From NCBI GenBank assembly GCA_013239625.1, contig MU054132.1:620001-684000 (forward strand): DNA of 64,000 bases. The letters are read 5' to 3'. The stretch's first letter is position 1; every line of letters starts with the position of its first letter. This document shows, one piece after another, positions 13,288-26,107 of the stretch. The position numbers were made by a program, and so were the translations under genes. The notes beneath the pieces were generated by a model that worked only from the letters and a program-made list of their open reading frames with translations, was not told where the DNA came from and searched no databases. The stretch is from Lama guanicoe. Lineage: Eukaryota.

Positions 13288-16200
13288 CTCCATGTCTTTT
13301 CATGGCCTGATAGCTCATTTCTTTTTAGTGCTGAAAAATACTCTATTGACTGGACATACCACAGTTTATTTATCCACTCACCTACTGAAAGACATCTTGA
13401 TTGATTCCAGGTTTTGGCAGTTATGACTAAAGTTGCTGTAAATGTTCATGTGCAGATTTTTATGTGGACATACATTTTCACTCCTTTGGGAAAAACACAG
13501 GGAGCGTGATTGCTGGATCATACAGTAAGAAACGTATGTTCTGTCAGAAGGTACCAAACTGTCTTCCAAAGTGGCTGTACCACTTTACATTCCCACCAGC
13601 AATGAATGAGAGTTTCTGTTGCTCCGCATCCTTGCTAGCATTTGGTGTTGTCAGTGTTCTGGATTTTAGCCATTTTGGTAGATGTGTATTCTCTCTTTGT
13701 TGTTTTAATTTACATTTCCCTGATGACATGGTGTGGAGCATCTTTTAATATGCTTATTTACCATCTATATATCTTCTTTGGTGAGATATCTGTTAAAATC
13801 TTTTGCCCATTTTTAAATTCAGCCGTTTGTTTTCTTACTGTTGGGTTTTAAGAGGTTTTTGTATATTTTGAGTAACAGTCCTTTATCAGACATGTGTTTT
13901 TCAAATGCTTTCATCCAGTCTGTGGCTAATATTTCTCTTGATTTTGTTCTTTTTAAAGCTGAATAATATTCTGCTTTATGTATATAATATTCTATACTAC
14001 ATTTTATCCATTTAGCTATTGATGAGCACTTGTGTTATTTCCACCTTTTGGCTACTGTGAATAATGGTGCTATGAATATGAGTGAAGTACAAATACCTCT
14101 CTGAGACTGCTTTCACTACTTTGGGATATTTACCTAGGAGTGGAATTGCTGTGTCATACTGTTATTCTATGTTTAACTTTTTGAGAAACCACCAAACTCT
14201 TTTCCATAATGGTTACATCATTTTGCATCTCACCAGCAATGCACAAGGGATCCAGTATCTCCACATCTTCACCAATGCCTATTGTTTTCTGGGTTGGGTT
14301 TTTTGTTTGTTGTTTGTTTTTGTTTTTTTGATAATAGCTATCTTCATGAGTGTGAAGTGGTATCTCATTGTGATTTTGATTTGCATTTCCCTGATGACTA
14401 ACGATGTTAAACATCTTTTCATGTGCTTCTTGGCCATTTGCACTGAATTCTTGTTCAAAATTGTTTTAGCCATTTTAGTTCCTTTGCCTTTCCATGTAAA
14501 ATTTAGGATAATCTTGTCCATATCTATAAAAATAGTCTTGCTGGAATTTTGATTCCAGGAATTGCATCAAATTTGTACACCAATTTAGGGGAGAATTGAC
14601 GTCTTTATTGTGTTGAGTCTTGTAATCCTTGGACGCAGTATGTCTCTCCATTTATCTAGACCTTTAATGTCTTTTATCAACATTTTGTAGCAGATAAGTC
14701 CTGTAAATCAGCTTGTTAGATTTATACTAAAATACTTAATTTTTTAAGCGATTATATAATTATAAATTTTGGTTTACACGTTATTTGATAGTATGTAGAA
14801 ATACAGTTGATTTTCTATGTTGATATTGTATCCTGTGACCTTATGTACTGACCTTACTGAACTCACATATTCTAGGTTAGTTCTGGACGGGGTTTGGCAT
14901 TTTTTGTGGGTTTTTGGGTAGGATTTCTGCATCTATATTCATGAGGGATATTGGTCTGTAATTATCTCTTTTTTTGTACTGTACTAGCTTCATAAAATGA
15001 ATTTGAGTTGCCCCCTCTTATTTTCTAGAAGAGATTGTTTAAAATTGGTGTTAATTCTTTTTTAAATGTTTGGTGGAATTCTCTAATGAAATAACCTGAG
15101 CCTGGAGATCTCCTTTTTGGGAGTTTTAAAATTACAAAATCAATTTCCTTATTAGCTATGGGGCTATTAAAATTCTCAGGGTATCATTATGGTGGGGGAA
15201 GGGGAAAGTGGAGTTGTGAGGAAGGAGTAACTTTCTTGAGAATCTATTGTTCACACTTACAGAAGAGGACACTAAATGGCCCTAGTTCTTGTCTGTCTGA
15301 CCTCAGACACGTCACAGACCCCAGTTATGATGGAGAATCAGATACTGGGTTTGGTTATCCTCTATCCAAAGTTATGGTAACTTTTCCCAGAAAATAAACT
15401 GCTAGGAATTAAAAAAATGAGTCATCCGTGCAGCAGATATCTGTTGACCACTTCCGTATCCCCTGCAGTGTTCCCAGTCAATGAAACATTGTTTGCTTTA
15501 TGCCTTTGATGCCTGTAGCAGATGCCGTCACAGTGGTATTTTTACACATGAGATCCTTTAAGACTTAACTAGGGAGCAGACTGGGGGCCTTGAAGCATCA
15601 CCAGGGCCCAGGCACAGCTGAAACCTCCTTTAGTTAGAGCTCATCTATTAAGGCCAGGAAGGAGGGATCCCCCTTTCCTGCATTCCCCCAGGGCTTTCTG
15701 CAGACCACAGTGTTCAGAATGTAGGCTCTTAATGGCAAAACTAGCCTCAGTAGTCTAGAGCAGTCATTTATTGGCTTATGTAGTCAAACAGGAGAAAAGA
15801 CAGGGGTGATGATGGTCCTGGGGGACTAAAATACTGCCAAGACTCTCCCTCTGTGGTCAGCATCCTCCCCACCCTGCAGACTGGGTTCATCACATACAGA
15901 AGGTGATGGAGCACCTGATGGTTCCTTGCTGCCTGGAGGGATTGTCCCTCTTCCTTCTTTCTCATTTGAAGAATCCTGAGGAAGGGTCTAATTGGTAGGG
16001 CCTAGGTCGTATGTTTTACAGTGTGGTGGGAATGAAGATAGGAGGCATTCCCAGGAGGGAAGGCATGCTGGATGGAGCTAAACTAGCTAGTCATGTTTTG
16101 GGAGGTTTTTTAGTGGCATGTATTGAAGCCACAAGTGTTTTCTGTTGACCTTCAAGTAGCCTAAAGTCATTCCTAGATCATCATCATCATGTTATAGATG

Positions 16201-17314
16201 ATTCATAGTTAATATACTAGTATAACATTATTAATATATAGTTAATAGCTATATTTAATTATAAAGATACATAGAAACCACATTATAGCTAGTTTAGTAA
16301 ATAATAATAGATTGTTGTTGTAATAGCCCTCAAATGTTGTGGTTATTTGCAGATTTATTATACCTATTTATATACGTAAGAAAATTTTGGAAAAAATGAG
16401 TGGAAAATCACAATGCCACCTGCTCAGTCTTCCATATCCTTTTCTAAATTTAACTGAGAGAACCTGCAGTCCATTTTGACTATAACCTTTAATGAAACTG
16501 CCACCATTTCTATGGGGTTAATTTATTTTCCCAGGGAATTATTGATTTTCTGGGCTGCTATTAATGGTAGAGTTGGTATTTTCATTTCAATAAATATTTA
16601 CTGAACTACTTAGGGGATATACAAGACCCTTACTACCTCAGAGAGTTTGAAGCCCACCAGAGTAGGTAAAAACAGAAAAGTGCAATACTAGAGGCTTCAC
16701 ATCTCCAACATGGCATAGTCTTACTGGTCTAACATGTGGATAAGATTTTGGTTGCGGATAGAGAGCTGGGCTGAGCTGGCTTTGTACTGGGTGGAAGCTG
16801 AATAACGTGGAGGATTGGTTGGTACCTGAAGTTGGAAGGCAGATGCTTCCAGTCATCTCCATGCAGTCCACCTCCTACATTTCTGATGGACAAGGCTGCA
16901 TTATTCCCTGAGGCTAATTAGCGTTGAAACTCCATGGGGCATTGGAGAAAGAATAATTGTGTAACTATGGTTAAGAAAGTGAAGTTGTAAAAAAAAAAAA
17001 AAGCAGTTGGTGGTGGCAGGCCCATATAGGCCATTAATGGCTCCAGTGTGAATGCCTCTATTTCAGGCTTAGCTCACTTCCTTTTTAAAAGGAGCAAGCG
17101 TTTTGTATAAGACACTGTTTATCTCAGGGTTGGAGTCCACAGAGTGCTGGCAGTTCACACTAGTTCAGCAAGGGAGTCTGTGAATACCAGCAGCAAATCA
17201 GATGTGATGTGGGCAGAGAATGGAGGGTCTTGAATAAGTGATCAGCATCGTCTCCTTTCTAGAGAATGTGTTCACATCCTTTTTCATAATATTTGTTCTC
17301 TGTGACTCTGGAGT

Positions 17315-17613
17315 GAAAGTCAGTTATCTTTTTCTATAAAGAAGCAGACAGTAAATATTTTTGGCTTTGCAGGCCATTGGTCACTACCACAGCTACTCAG
17401 CTTTGCCATTGTATGAGCATGTCTGTGTTCCAATAAAACTTTGTCTATGGACACTGAAATTTGGACTTTATATAGTTTTCACATGTCATGAAATATTAAT
17501 CTTGATATTTTTCAACCATTTAAAGATGTAAAAACTACACTTAGCTCATGGGCCGCACAAAAACAAGAAGGAGCAAGTCAGATTTTGTCTCATAGGCCAG
17601 TTTGCTGACCCCT
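17315..17613. mobile_element. MER58B-like DNA transposon fossil
   Basis: tttttctataaag...cagtaaatattt...ttccaataaaacttt...gtttgctgacccct. Confidence 0.65.
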
Positions 17614-20600
17614 TCTATAAGTGCCTTAAAAATAACTTCTACAAAGTTCTGAATGTAAGGACATTTTACTTATTTATTTAATAAGCACTTAATATATAGC
17701 ACTTAATATGTGCCATGCACTGTTTTAAATGCCTTATGTTAAATGCTAATTTAATCCACACAATAACCCCACGAGGGAGGTACTGTTTACCTCATTTTTT
17801 TCAAATTCGTATATTTAGGCACAGAGAAGTTAAGTTACTAGTCCAGAGTTACACAGCTTGTAAATGGCAGAACCTAGATTTGAACCCAGGTACTTTAATT
17901 CCCAGGTACCTGTTCTTATCTACGATAATGTGCTATCTCTCTTAAAGAACTTGGAATTGTTGAGTTTCTACCCTAAAGGAATTTTTGAGATTAATCCATC
18001 CCTACTTACTCTTATAGACTCTTTCTTACACACCAGATTCATGGCCTTAATGATTCAAATATATGCCTTAGTAAAATTATGAATTATTACTTATCATGCA
18101 CTTTCAGCATCTCTTGTGACTGCCTAAAAGCTTAGTCTTAAATCCCCTGATCCCAAAGGTATTCTGTCTGCACAGGCAGAGCACTTAACCGTTCACTTAT
18201 TGTTTAATTTATGTTCATTGTGGGCTCCTTAAAGCAGTAGTATCAAAATGTTTTCCATCAAAGTGGAATCTATTCTAGGTATCTCTTTTGCTTTCTTTGG
18301 GAACACCTGTCTCAGATTACTCCCAACTCAGATTTTGCCCTGCTGCTTTTCCTTCTTGAATAAGCAACTGGTTGAATCTTGAGCACCAGCTGCCTGTGAT
18401 GGGGAACAGAATTTGTGGTGTCATGCTACATTCTCCCTGTTGATCCAAAGATACCACCAGGGCAGAGCCGGGAATGGAAAATTTCCCAGTCTTTTCAAGA
18501 AAGAAAATGGGAAGGGTGTGTGTGGGTGTGTGTGTGTGTATTAAGGCAAATCAAAGCTCAGGTAGACATGAGGTGCTTAGGACTTCTAGTTTCTTTTGCT
18601 TAGTCATGGTCTCAGACTGTACTAACCAGGAGGGACCTCTGAGAACCTATGATGCAGGGGTTCCCATGCTACAGGGATTTTGAAGAGTTATTGCAAGGGG
18701 CCCTCAAATCTGCATGTGCACCAATCTGTGGTCCAGATAATTGATATGTTTTAAGTGTATGTACAGTTATTTTTCGAATGCATGTAGATGCCAACATGAT
18801 TAAAGAAAACCTTTACTGAATTCATGTTAGGCTACTATTATTAACCCAACTACTACCTTTTGAGAAACCTGAACCAGTTAAAGCCCCTTATTTACAGATG
18901 AAGAAACTGAGGCTCAGAGGTGAAAGGAAGAGTCATGCAGAAAGGGAATAGCTGGCCTCAGACACTTGCAGTGTGTATGTACTCTGTGGCTTGTGCTGTC
19001 TGCCTCCCCTGGAATGGGCACGGGTAGAGATTGGCAAGTATTTTAACTTTTAATGCCATGCTGAACTTTCTAATACTGTCTAATAGAGTGGTTGATTGTG
19101 ATATATTTTCCAGTATTTATAGTGCTCTTTTGAGAAACTCAATTTTATTTTACTAGTATATTCCTTGCCATGCCCCCATAAGTAATAATCCTACATTCCA
19201 ACCTGGAAACCTGAGCCATGCTAACATTAAGCAATTTGCTTACATCTATAGTAGAGCTGGCCCTGACACTGAGAGTTTTCATCTCTAGCCCAGGGTTGCT
19301 GTGAGGAGAAAAATATATGTAAAGGGGGGTACTTTGCAAAAGGAACTCCATAAATGATCATCTAATTTTTTTTTAATTGAGATTACAAATGAGAGTATTT
19401 AGGGTGTTTTTTGAAGCTTTTCACAAAGTGTATTATCCCAGGACTATAGAATTAGAAGGTCCCTTAATAGTTTTAGAACCAGTCAAGGACTTTCCCTAAA
19501 CATTTTTAGGTGATAAGCTGTTATTCTTTATGATAAACCAAAATCTGCCTCCCTGTAACTTCAAGATCTGCCTCATCCATGTGATAGCCCTTCTAGTCTC
19601 TGAGGACAACTATAGTTCCTGCTAAATTACCTTTTCCGAACTATCCTTTAGCTTTCCCTCGCATAAGATGTAGCTTGCAGACCCTTCCCCATCTTGGTCT
19701 CCCTCTTCTGGAGGAAGACAAATTTGTTGTTCCCCTTAACTGAACATAGAATTCAGATGTAATCTGGCCAGCATATCCCAAGATAGGCCTGTCTTCTCTT
19801 TAGCTGAGCTTTTTTGGGAAATCAGGTCACCTAGTTCATGCACATATGGCTTGTTTTGTCTCCTGTTTACTTTCTAGATGAAAAATAAATACACAGCAGC
19901 TTAACACAGCAAATTGAATACACATTTCAACCTCCATTCCCTGCTGTAATTCTACTAAAATGATAGGAAGAGGAAGAAGAGGGAGAAGAGAGATCAACAA
20001 ATGAGAGGTTAATGGAATGTTGAAACCAGAAAGCAAGTGTGATGAACTTGGTGGCCAGAGGAACTGAAAGTGCCTGCTATGTGGGAGAAACTAAGAAAGA
20101 GGATTTGTAATGCAGGACCCTGAGATAGCTTGAGTCTGAGAAACTACATACTGAAAACAGGAAGATTAGTTGAAAGTCTGTGTGAAAAGCAAGTAGATGC
20201 CTGCAGCCTCTCCCCTGCTCTCTCAGGAGACAAAGTATTAGTCTTAGATATTGAACCAGAGGCACAGCAAGCACAGATGATGGAATGGAATATGGAGCAA
20301 AACTGAAAATAAGGGCTTTAAGACAAAGTTGTCAATAGTGATTAGCAGGACCATTCCCCTCTCTCACCCAGTTTTCAGAATATCTGCAGGCAGGTACTCC
20401 CATGCAAGAGATTGGAAGATCCTTCCAATCCTGATAAATTTAGTCCCAGAGAAGAAGTCCTAAAGATACTGTCTACTTCTCAGGGTCCTCCATAAAATGG
20501 CAGATTCTTCACCCTGAGGTGAAGTCCACCAGTTGACAAGCTTTTAGCCCCCATACACAGCTTTGAAACAACTTTTAAAAGTGTGAGCATTATCCAAGTG

Positions 20601-21394
20601 TCATGAGATGTTTAAAGAACGTAAAAGACAGGGACCAGAACAAATAAATGAGAGAGAAAAGAACTCAGAGGAAACAGTAAAAGCAGAGAGGAGGAGAAGG
20701 AAAAATTTTAACGATGCTATCTTGAGAGAGAGTAGAGAGAAAATACTGCATTCATGAAAGATGAACTAGATTCTTTTAGGAAAAAAAAAGGAACCTCCAG
20801 AACACAACAAAGATCTCTTGGAAACTAAAAATATCATAGCAAGTATGAAAAATACAACACAGGAATACTGAAACATAAAGTTGAAGAAGGTTCCCAGGAG
20901 ATAGACCAAATGAAAGAGGTAGAAAGCTGGGGAGAACAGAAAAAATAAATTATAAAGGATCATTCCAAGAGTTCTAACACCTGACTGGTGGAAATTAAAG
21001 AAGAGGAAAAACAGACAGTGGAGAAGAGGAAATTATTAAAGAAGTGGTATGAAAAGATATTCTCAGAACTAAAATAATGTCTATAGATTGATACAGCACA
21101 GTGAATAAAAGAAAACTCCCAAGTTCCAGCCCTGTGAGATTTCAGCTCTCTGAGAATACAGAGGAAGTCCTAACAGCTTCTAGAGAGAATAGGCACATAC
21201 AGAGGGTTATTATTCAGAACAGCATTAGCTTTCTCAAAGGCAACAAACCAGAAGACATTGGAACAATACTATTAAAATTCTGGCAGAAAAAAAAATCCTC
21301 AACTTAGAATTTTATAGCCGGGTAAACTTATCACCTGAACTTAGGATAATAGAGACATCTCCAGACATATTGTGCATCTGCCCTCTGGTAGAGT

Positions 21395-22090
21395 GGTGTA
21401 ATAAATATATATTTGGCCTTTGTCCCTGGTTCCTGGCACAGGAATTCTAAAATCCTTATAGTTTCCTGAGTAGTAAGGGTGATAAGAGCATTTGTGGTTG
21501 TAATATTTGCTCTTTGTTCCTAGTTCCTGACACAAGAGCTTCTAAAACCCTTGGAATTCCCTGAGTGATAAGGGTGAGAGGAAATGCTGTCAGCCACACC
21601 TGAGTTTGTGCTAATGTGGTAACTCCTGGTGAGCCCCTAGATAGTGGCAGGTTGGGGCTGGTTGCTGGAGGAACCAACCATGTGGTTGGAACTTTCAGCC
21701 CTACCTCTGGGGCGGGGAGAGGGGCTGGAGATTGAGCTAGTCACCAGTGACCAATGATTTAATCAGTCCTGCCTACCTAATGGAGCCTCCATTAAAAATC
21801 CCATTCTAGCAGATTATCAAAGCTGAGGAAGGGGTTGTGGGAAACCCCCCGACCCCAGCCTTTCAGCTGATGGGTCAGAAGTACGAGTGGCCCAGACATG
21901 TAACTGGCATCTGGAACAGGGGGACGGAGTCTGGTGGGACTGAGTCCTTAACCTGTGGGGTATGCACTAATTCTAGGTAGTTAGTGTCGAATTTAAATTA
22001 AATTGTGAGATACTAGTTGGTGTCTGGAGAGTTGGAAAACTGGTTGGTGTGAGAACAAAACCTACACGTTTGCTGTGAATGAAAACAGTT
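21395..22090. mobile_element. MER21-like LTR
   Basis: Starts tgtaataaatatatatttggcctttgtccctggttcctggcac, with an internal ~95-nt duplicated unit. Confidence 0.55.
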
Positions 22091-22320
22091 TCTAGTACAT
22101 CCTTTCTTAGGAAGCTTTACTAGGAGACACTTTCCACCAGAACAAGGGAATTAATGAGGAAGAAGACTAAATGGGATCCAGGAAACAGGGATTCCAACAT
22201 GGATGAGGGGAAAGGAATTCCCAGGAGGGAGTTCCAGTACGGGTATCCGAAGAACAAACTGACAGGATACCTGGTGGAACATACTAAAGGGAGTTTTATA
22301 TTTTATTATTGTCTTAAGGA

Positions 22321-22357
22321 CAGCGCCGAATCCTAACCACTAGACCACCAGGGAACT
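22321..22357 (-). pseudogene. Tailless retrocopy of the 5' half of tRNA-Glu(CTC)
   Basis: - strand AGT+TCCCTGGTGGTCTAGTGGTTAGGATTCGGCGCT+G, ending at the anticodon; flanked by TTGTCTTAAGGA at 22309-22320 and 22358-22369. Confidence 0.88.
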
Positions 22358-22593
22358 TTGTCTTAAGGAAAGATAAAAATTATACCGATGAAGAAATGTA
22401 ATCGTAGTGTGTACATCATGGCTTGGCTACAAATAGTATTCATGTAGACCTAAAAATGCAACTCTTAATACTGATTTAACCAAAATTTTTCGTAATTCTG
22501 TAGAAAAATGGAGAGAGTAAGTTGAGTAGTATGTGAAGAATGTGTCAGAACAAAATCCTAATCTTCCACCATAAGAATTAAATAGATAACATA

Positions 22594-23125
22594 ATAGTTA
22601 TATTTTGCTGCATAACAGATTACCCCAAAACTTAATAACTTAAGGGGGAGGGTATAGTTCAAGTGGTAGAGAGCATGCTTAGCTTGCACAAGGTCCTGGG
22701 TTCAGTCCTCACTACTGCCTCCAAAAATAAATAAATAAACCTAATTACCCGCCCCCCCACCCAAAACAAAAACAAACCAAAACTTAATGACTTAACAGAT
22801 ATTTATTATCTCACAGTTTCTGTGCATCAGGAGTTGAGAAGCAGCTTAAAGATCTCTCCTGAGGTTGCAGTCCAGGTGTCACCTTGGGCCACAGTCCTCT
22901 GGGCCTCCCCTCAAGATATGTTATTATCTGGCTTCCCTGAGAGCGAGTAATCCAGGAGAGACAATAAGAAGAATTTGCAGTCTTTTATGACCTAGCCTTG
23001 AAAGTAACGTACCACCATCACTTCTACGTTCACACAGACCAACCCTGAGACACTGTGGGAGGGGCCTGCACAGGGACATCAATGCCAGGGGTCTGTTGGG
23101 AGCTATTTGGAGACTGACTACCACA
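22594..23125. mobile_element. MLT1-like (MaLR) solo LTR
   Basis: ttgctgcataacagattaccccaaaactt...atttattatctcacagtttctgtg...gactgactaccaca. Confidence 0.7.
22644..22776 (+). mobile_element. Vic-1-type SINE inserted in an MLT1 LTR
   Basis: 19-bp TSD CCAAAACTTAAT(A/G)ACTTAA at 22625-22643 and 22777-22795. Confidence 0.87.
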
Positions 23126-24501
23126 AGTAATAACTGAAAGTGAAAATTCAAGAAGTCATATTATAGGCATATTACTTAGAAAGGTGGAGATAAATACCAG
23201 AGGAAAAAGGTTGCCCTTGGGAGCAGGAATCAGGGAGCCAGAAACTTTGGTTTTTCATTATAAGCCTCGTAGAACAACTTTAAGAAATATTTGTGGGTAT
23301 TAATGTGATTTTTTTTTTAAATTATAAACAACCCTCAAAGCATGCAGCCATTTAATGTCCCAGCACCGGTAGTAGAACAATACATGGATTATATGAGCTC
23401 ATAGAATCTGAATCTGCTAAGGATCCTTTGGTATTTGGAAGATTGTGTGCATGTGATCTTGAAGGACAGTTTACAGATAGTAAACTTAAAGTTTAGTGAG
23501 AAAGAGGACATAGTGACAGAACCTGAGCTAGAATCCTTCAGTAAATATGATGCAAAAAATTGATGAGCCTCAGGTAGTGAGATGGCTCTGGCATTTCACT
23601 AATGTGGAACTTGGGTGAGGGGGTGGGGAAAAAAGATCCTTTTGCTCTTTCTGAAGAGTAGAAAGTTCTTAAGTGGAAATGTTTGTATGTCTTGGAGCTA
23701 TAAACGGCAAAGCTTGTTAAAGGGAATATCCTTTTGGCAGGTAGTTGGAAAGCACTTTAGAGAACTCCCCAGGCTAAGGATGTGTCCACGAGGATTTGGT
23801 ACAAATTCGTCTGCAGCTGTCCCCGTGAGCTCTGTGAGCTCTGCAGAGCACTGGCCAGTCCACAGCCCCAGTCCTTCTGGCTGGCTGCCTCCAGGGTCAT
23901 GTTCCTAAGAGAACTCTGGGCTCCTTGTGGTCTACCACGGCCTGATTGGTGCCCAAGGACCCCCAACACCTGTGCCTACAATGCCTGCTCTGCCCTTGAT
24001 CCCCTTGATCCCCTGTTTAAGCCTGATCTTGTTTCTCCTCATCTCTTCCTGTCACTACATGTTTATACTCTTCTTGAGGAGCCTACTGTAGGTGCTTCAG
24101 GGCTCTTGGCCAGGTGGTCTCTTCCATCTGCCATCTAATAAAACTCAGATTGGGATAAAGTGTTAGAGAAATCAGGTCTTTGAGTTGGTGGGGGGAATTT
24201 GGAGGGGTGCAGTAAAGACTTCCATGTAAATAAAAACTGCCACTTTAAGCATTCAGGCTTATAATTTTTTAACCATTTTAATACCTCATTGAAATGTGTT
24301 GTCTGCATTCCCCTACTGTAACTGAGTATGCAAAGTTTAAAATACCTCAGGGTCTCCATGAAAAGCCTTGGCTGTCATGTCCTGGGATGCCTTCAGTACC
24401 ACTCCAGCGGACAGAGGGTTAAGCTGTGGAAGGAAGGGGCAGGGTGGGTTTTTGTATTTGCGTTCCTCAGTACTTGTCTTTGTATTTTACTTTGCCCACA
24501 G

Positions 24502-24632
24502 ATTGGGGACCACAAATTCAGTGCTCACCGGATCGTCTTAGCAGCCTCAATCCCGTACTTCCACGCTATGTTTACAAATGACATGATGGAGTGCAAGCAG
24601 GATGAGATCGTAATGCAAGGAATGGACCCAAG
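24502..24632 (+). CDS. KLHL18: Kelch-like protein 18, coding exon 2 (BTB domain: [16 protein letters not shown]...QGMDP)
   Basis: Acceptor tttgcccacag|ATT and donor AG|gtacc; 131 nt, phase 0 to 2; peptide matches recalled KLHL18 BTB sequence. Confidence 0.96.
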
Positions 24633-25966
24633 GTACCAACTTCCTCCATTAGGTTCCACGACCTGCTTTCTAGGTGCAGCTTCAGCCTTGCGTTTGGTGC
24701 CATTTGACAGCCTCCCAGCAGGACCCAGTATCTCACACAGCTCCATACACGTAGTAGGTGACCAGTAAACAAGCTAGAACTTCACTTGGCCTGAGACAGG
24801 GTTAAGATGAAGAGAATTTTGATGTGTTTTTACTATATTAAAGTGTAACGCATCTCACAGGAACTAAAGTCCAGGATTTTTTTTTTTAAACTAGGACTCG
24901 GTACAAAGTTCATGGTGTATTATTCTCTCTACTTTTCTGTGCTAGCCCTTTTGCTGGCAAAATAGGTTTTTAAATAAATGTCTTCATTCTATACCCTTCT
25001 CATCAGTCTAGAACAGTGTTGTTCATTAGAACTTTCTGCATGAGTGAAGATGTTCTGTTTGTAATCTCCAAAATGGTAGCCACTAGCTCATGTAGCAGAT
25101 TAAAGACTAGTGAATGATGGTGGAGGTCTGTGCTCTTTCAGGGTGATCAGGGAAGCCTTCTGTGATGATGTGACAGCTTGAGCCAAGACCTTAATTGAAG
25201 GGAGGGAGGGAGCATCTAGGGGAGGAGCCCTCCAAACAGAGGGAGCAGCCAGTGCAAAGACCCTGAGGTGAGTGTGTGTTCACCATGTTGGAATAGAGTG
25301 AGGCAGGAAGAGTGGAAGGAGGTGAGGTCAGAGAGATGTAGAGGGGCCAGACCACATACAACCCTATAAGAAGAATTTGGATTTCATTCTTGGTGTGAAT
25401 TGGAAGGCAAGAAAAAATGTTGGAAACCTCATTCTGGAAGTTTATCCCAAAGAATTAATACAAAAACATTATTTATAATGGCAAAAGATGGTAATGGCTA
25501 TTATACCTACCAATAAAGGAAGTAAATTATAGCATATTTACATGTTGAATTACTGTATAGCAGCCACGAAAAATGTTAAACCTGAAGGCAGTGTAGCAAC
25601 ATGGGAAAGGACTTCCTAAGTATGACATGATTCTATCCATACAGTTTATGAATGCAGGCAAACAGGAACTGAAAGTGAACCTAGGATTCATTCAGTAGTG
25701 AGATTGTGGGTCATTGCTTTCTCTTTTCAGAACTTTCTGTAATAAAATTATTTGGACAGTAGAGACAACCTAAGAAGTAGAAGTAGATGTGTGGTGAAGT
25801 AACTGTTCCATTTAGGTAGATTCTCAAAGGACATGGACTAAATGTATTTGAGAGCAGGGTCCATCCATTTCTCAGGTAACGATGTCCACCCATTTAGGCC
25901 CTGAGTCTGCTGTGGGACCAGACCCATCTCTGAAGAGCATAAGAGCATCTTTCCTCTTTCCTCTAG

Positions 25967-26107
25967 CGCCCTGGAAGCTCTGATCAACTTTGCCTACAAC
26001 GGCCACCTAGCCATTGACCAACAAAATGTCCAGTCGTTGCTGATGGGGGCGAGTTTCCTGCAGCTGCAGAGCATCAAAGACGCCTGCTGCACGTTCCTCC
26101 GAGAACG
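25967..26107 (+). CDS. KLHL18: KLHL18 coding exon 3 ([48 protein letters not shown])
   Basis: Acceptor ctttcctctag|C and donor CG|gtgagg; 141 nt, phase 2 to 2; not in the ORF track, translated by hand. Confidence 0.96.

Larger units (their letters stand above)
9080..15180 (-). mobile_element. Cluster of nested antisense L1 fragments of several ages
   Basis: Repeated L1 3' UTR and ORF2-end motifs; ORF2-like translations in the track (e.g. 14279-14521 KRCLTSLVIREMQIK). Confidence 0.85.
19870..23340 (+). mobile_element. Ancient HAL1 / L1M ORF1-type element interrupted by younger insertions
   Basis: Degenerate ORF1-like motifs (aacttagaattttatagccgggtaaacttatca; gggatccaggaaacagggattccaac); boundaries approximate. 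Confidence 0.55.

Noticed and set aside
12527..13318. 263-aa ORF, the longest in the track, as a host gene
   Set aside because: It is the ORF2 C-terminus of a 5'-truncated L1, and its start codon lies outside the element
22321..22357. Functional tRNA-Glu gene
   Set aside because: Only the 5' half is present; there is no B box, T arm or 3' acceptor strand
1..24501. KLHL18 exon 1 or another coding gene in the first 24.5 kb
   Set aside because: No CpG-island promoter or recognisable N-terminal exon was seen; the short ORFs lie in repeats or look random. Small unrecognised exons cannot be excluded
24328..24768. ORF-track proteins that extend KLHL18 exons at either end (also 32614..33114 and 44459..44524)
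   Set aside because: The extensions are intronic read-through beyond clear splice sites
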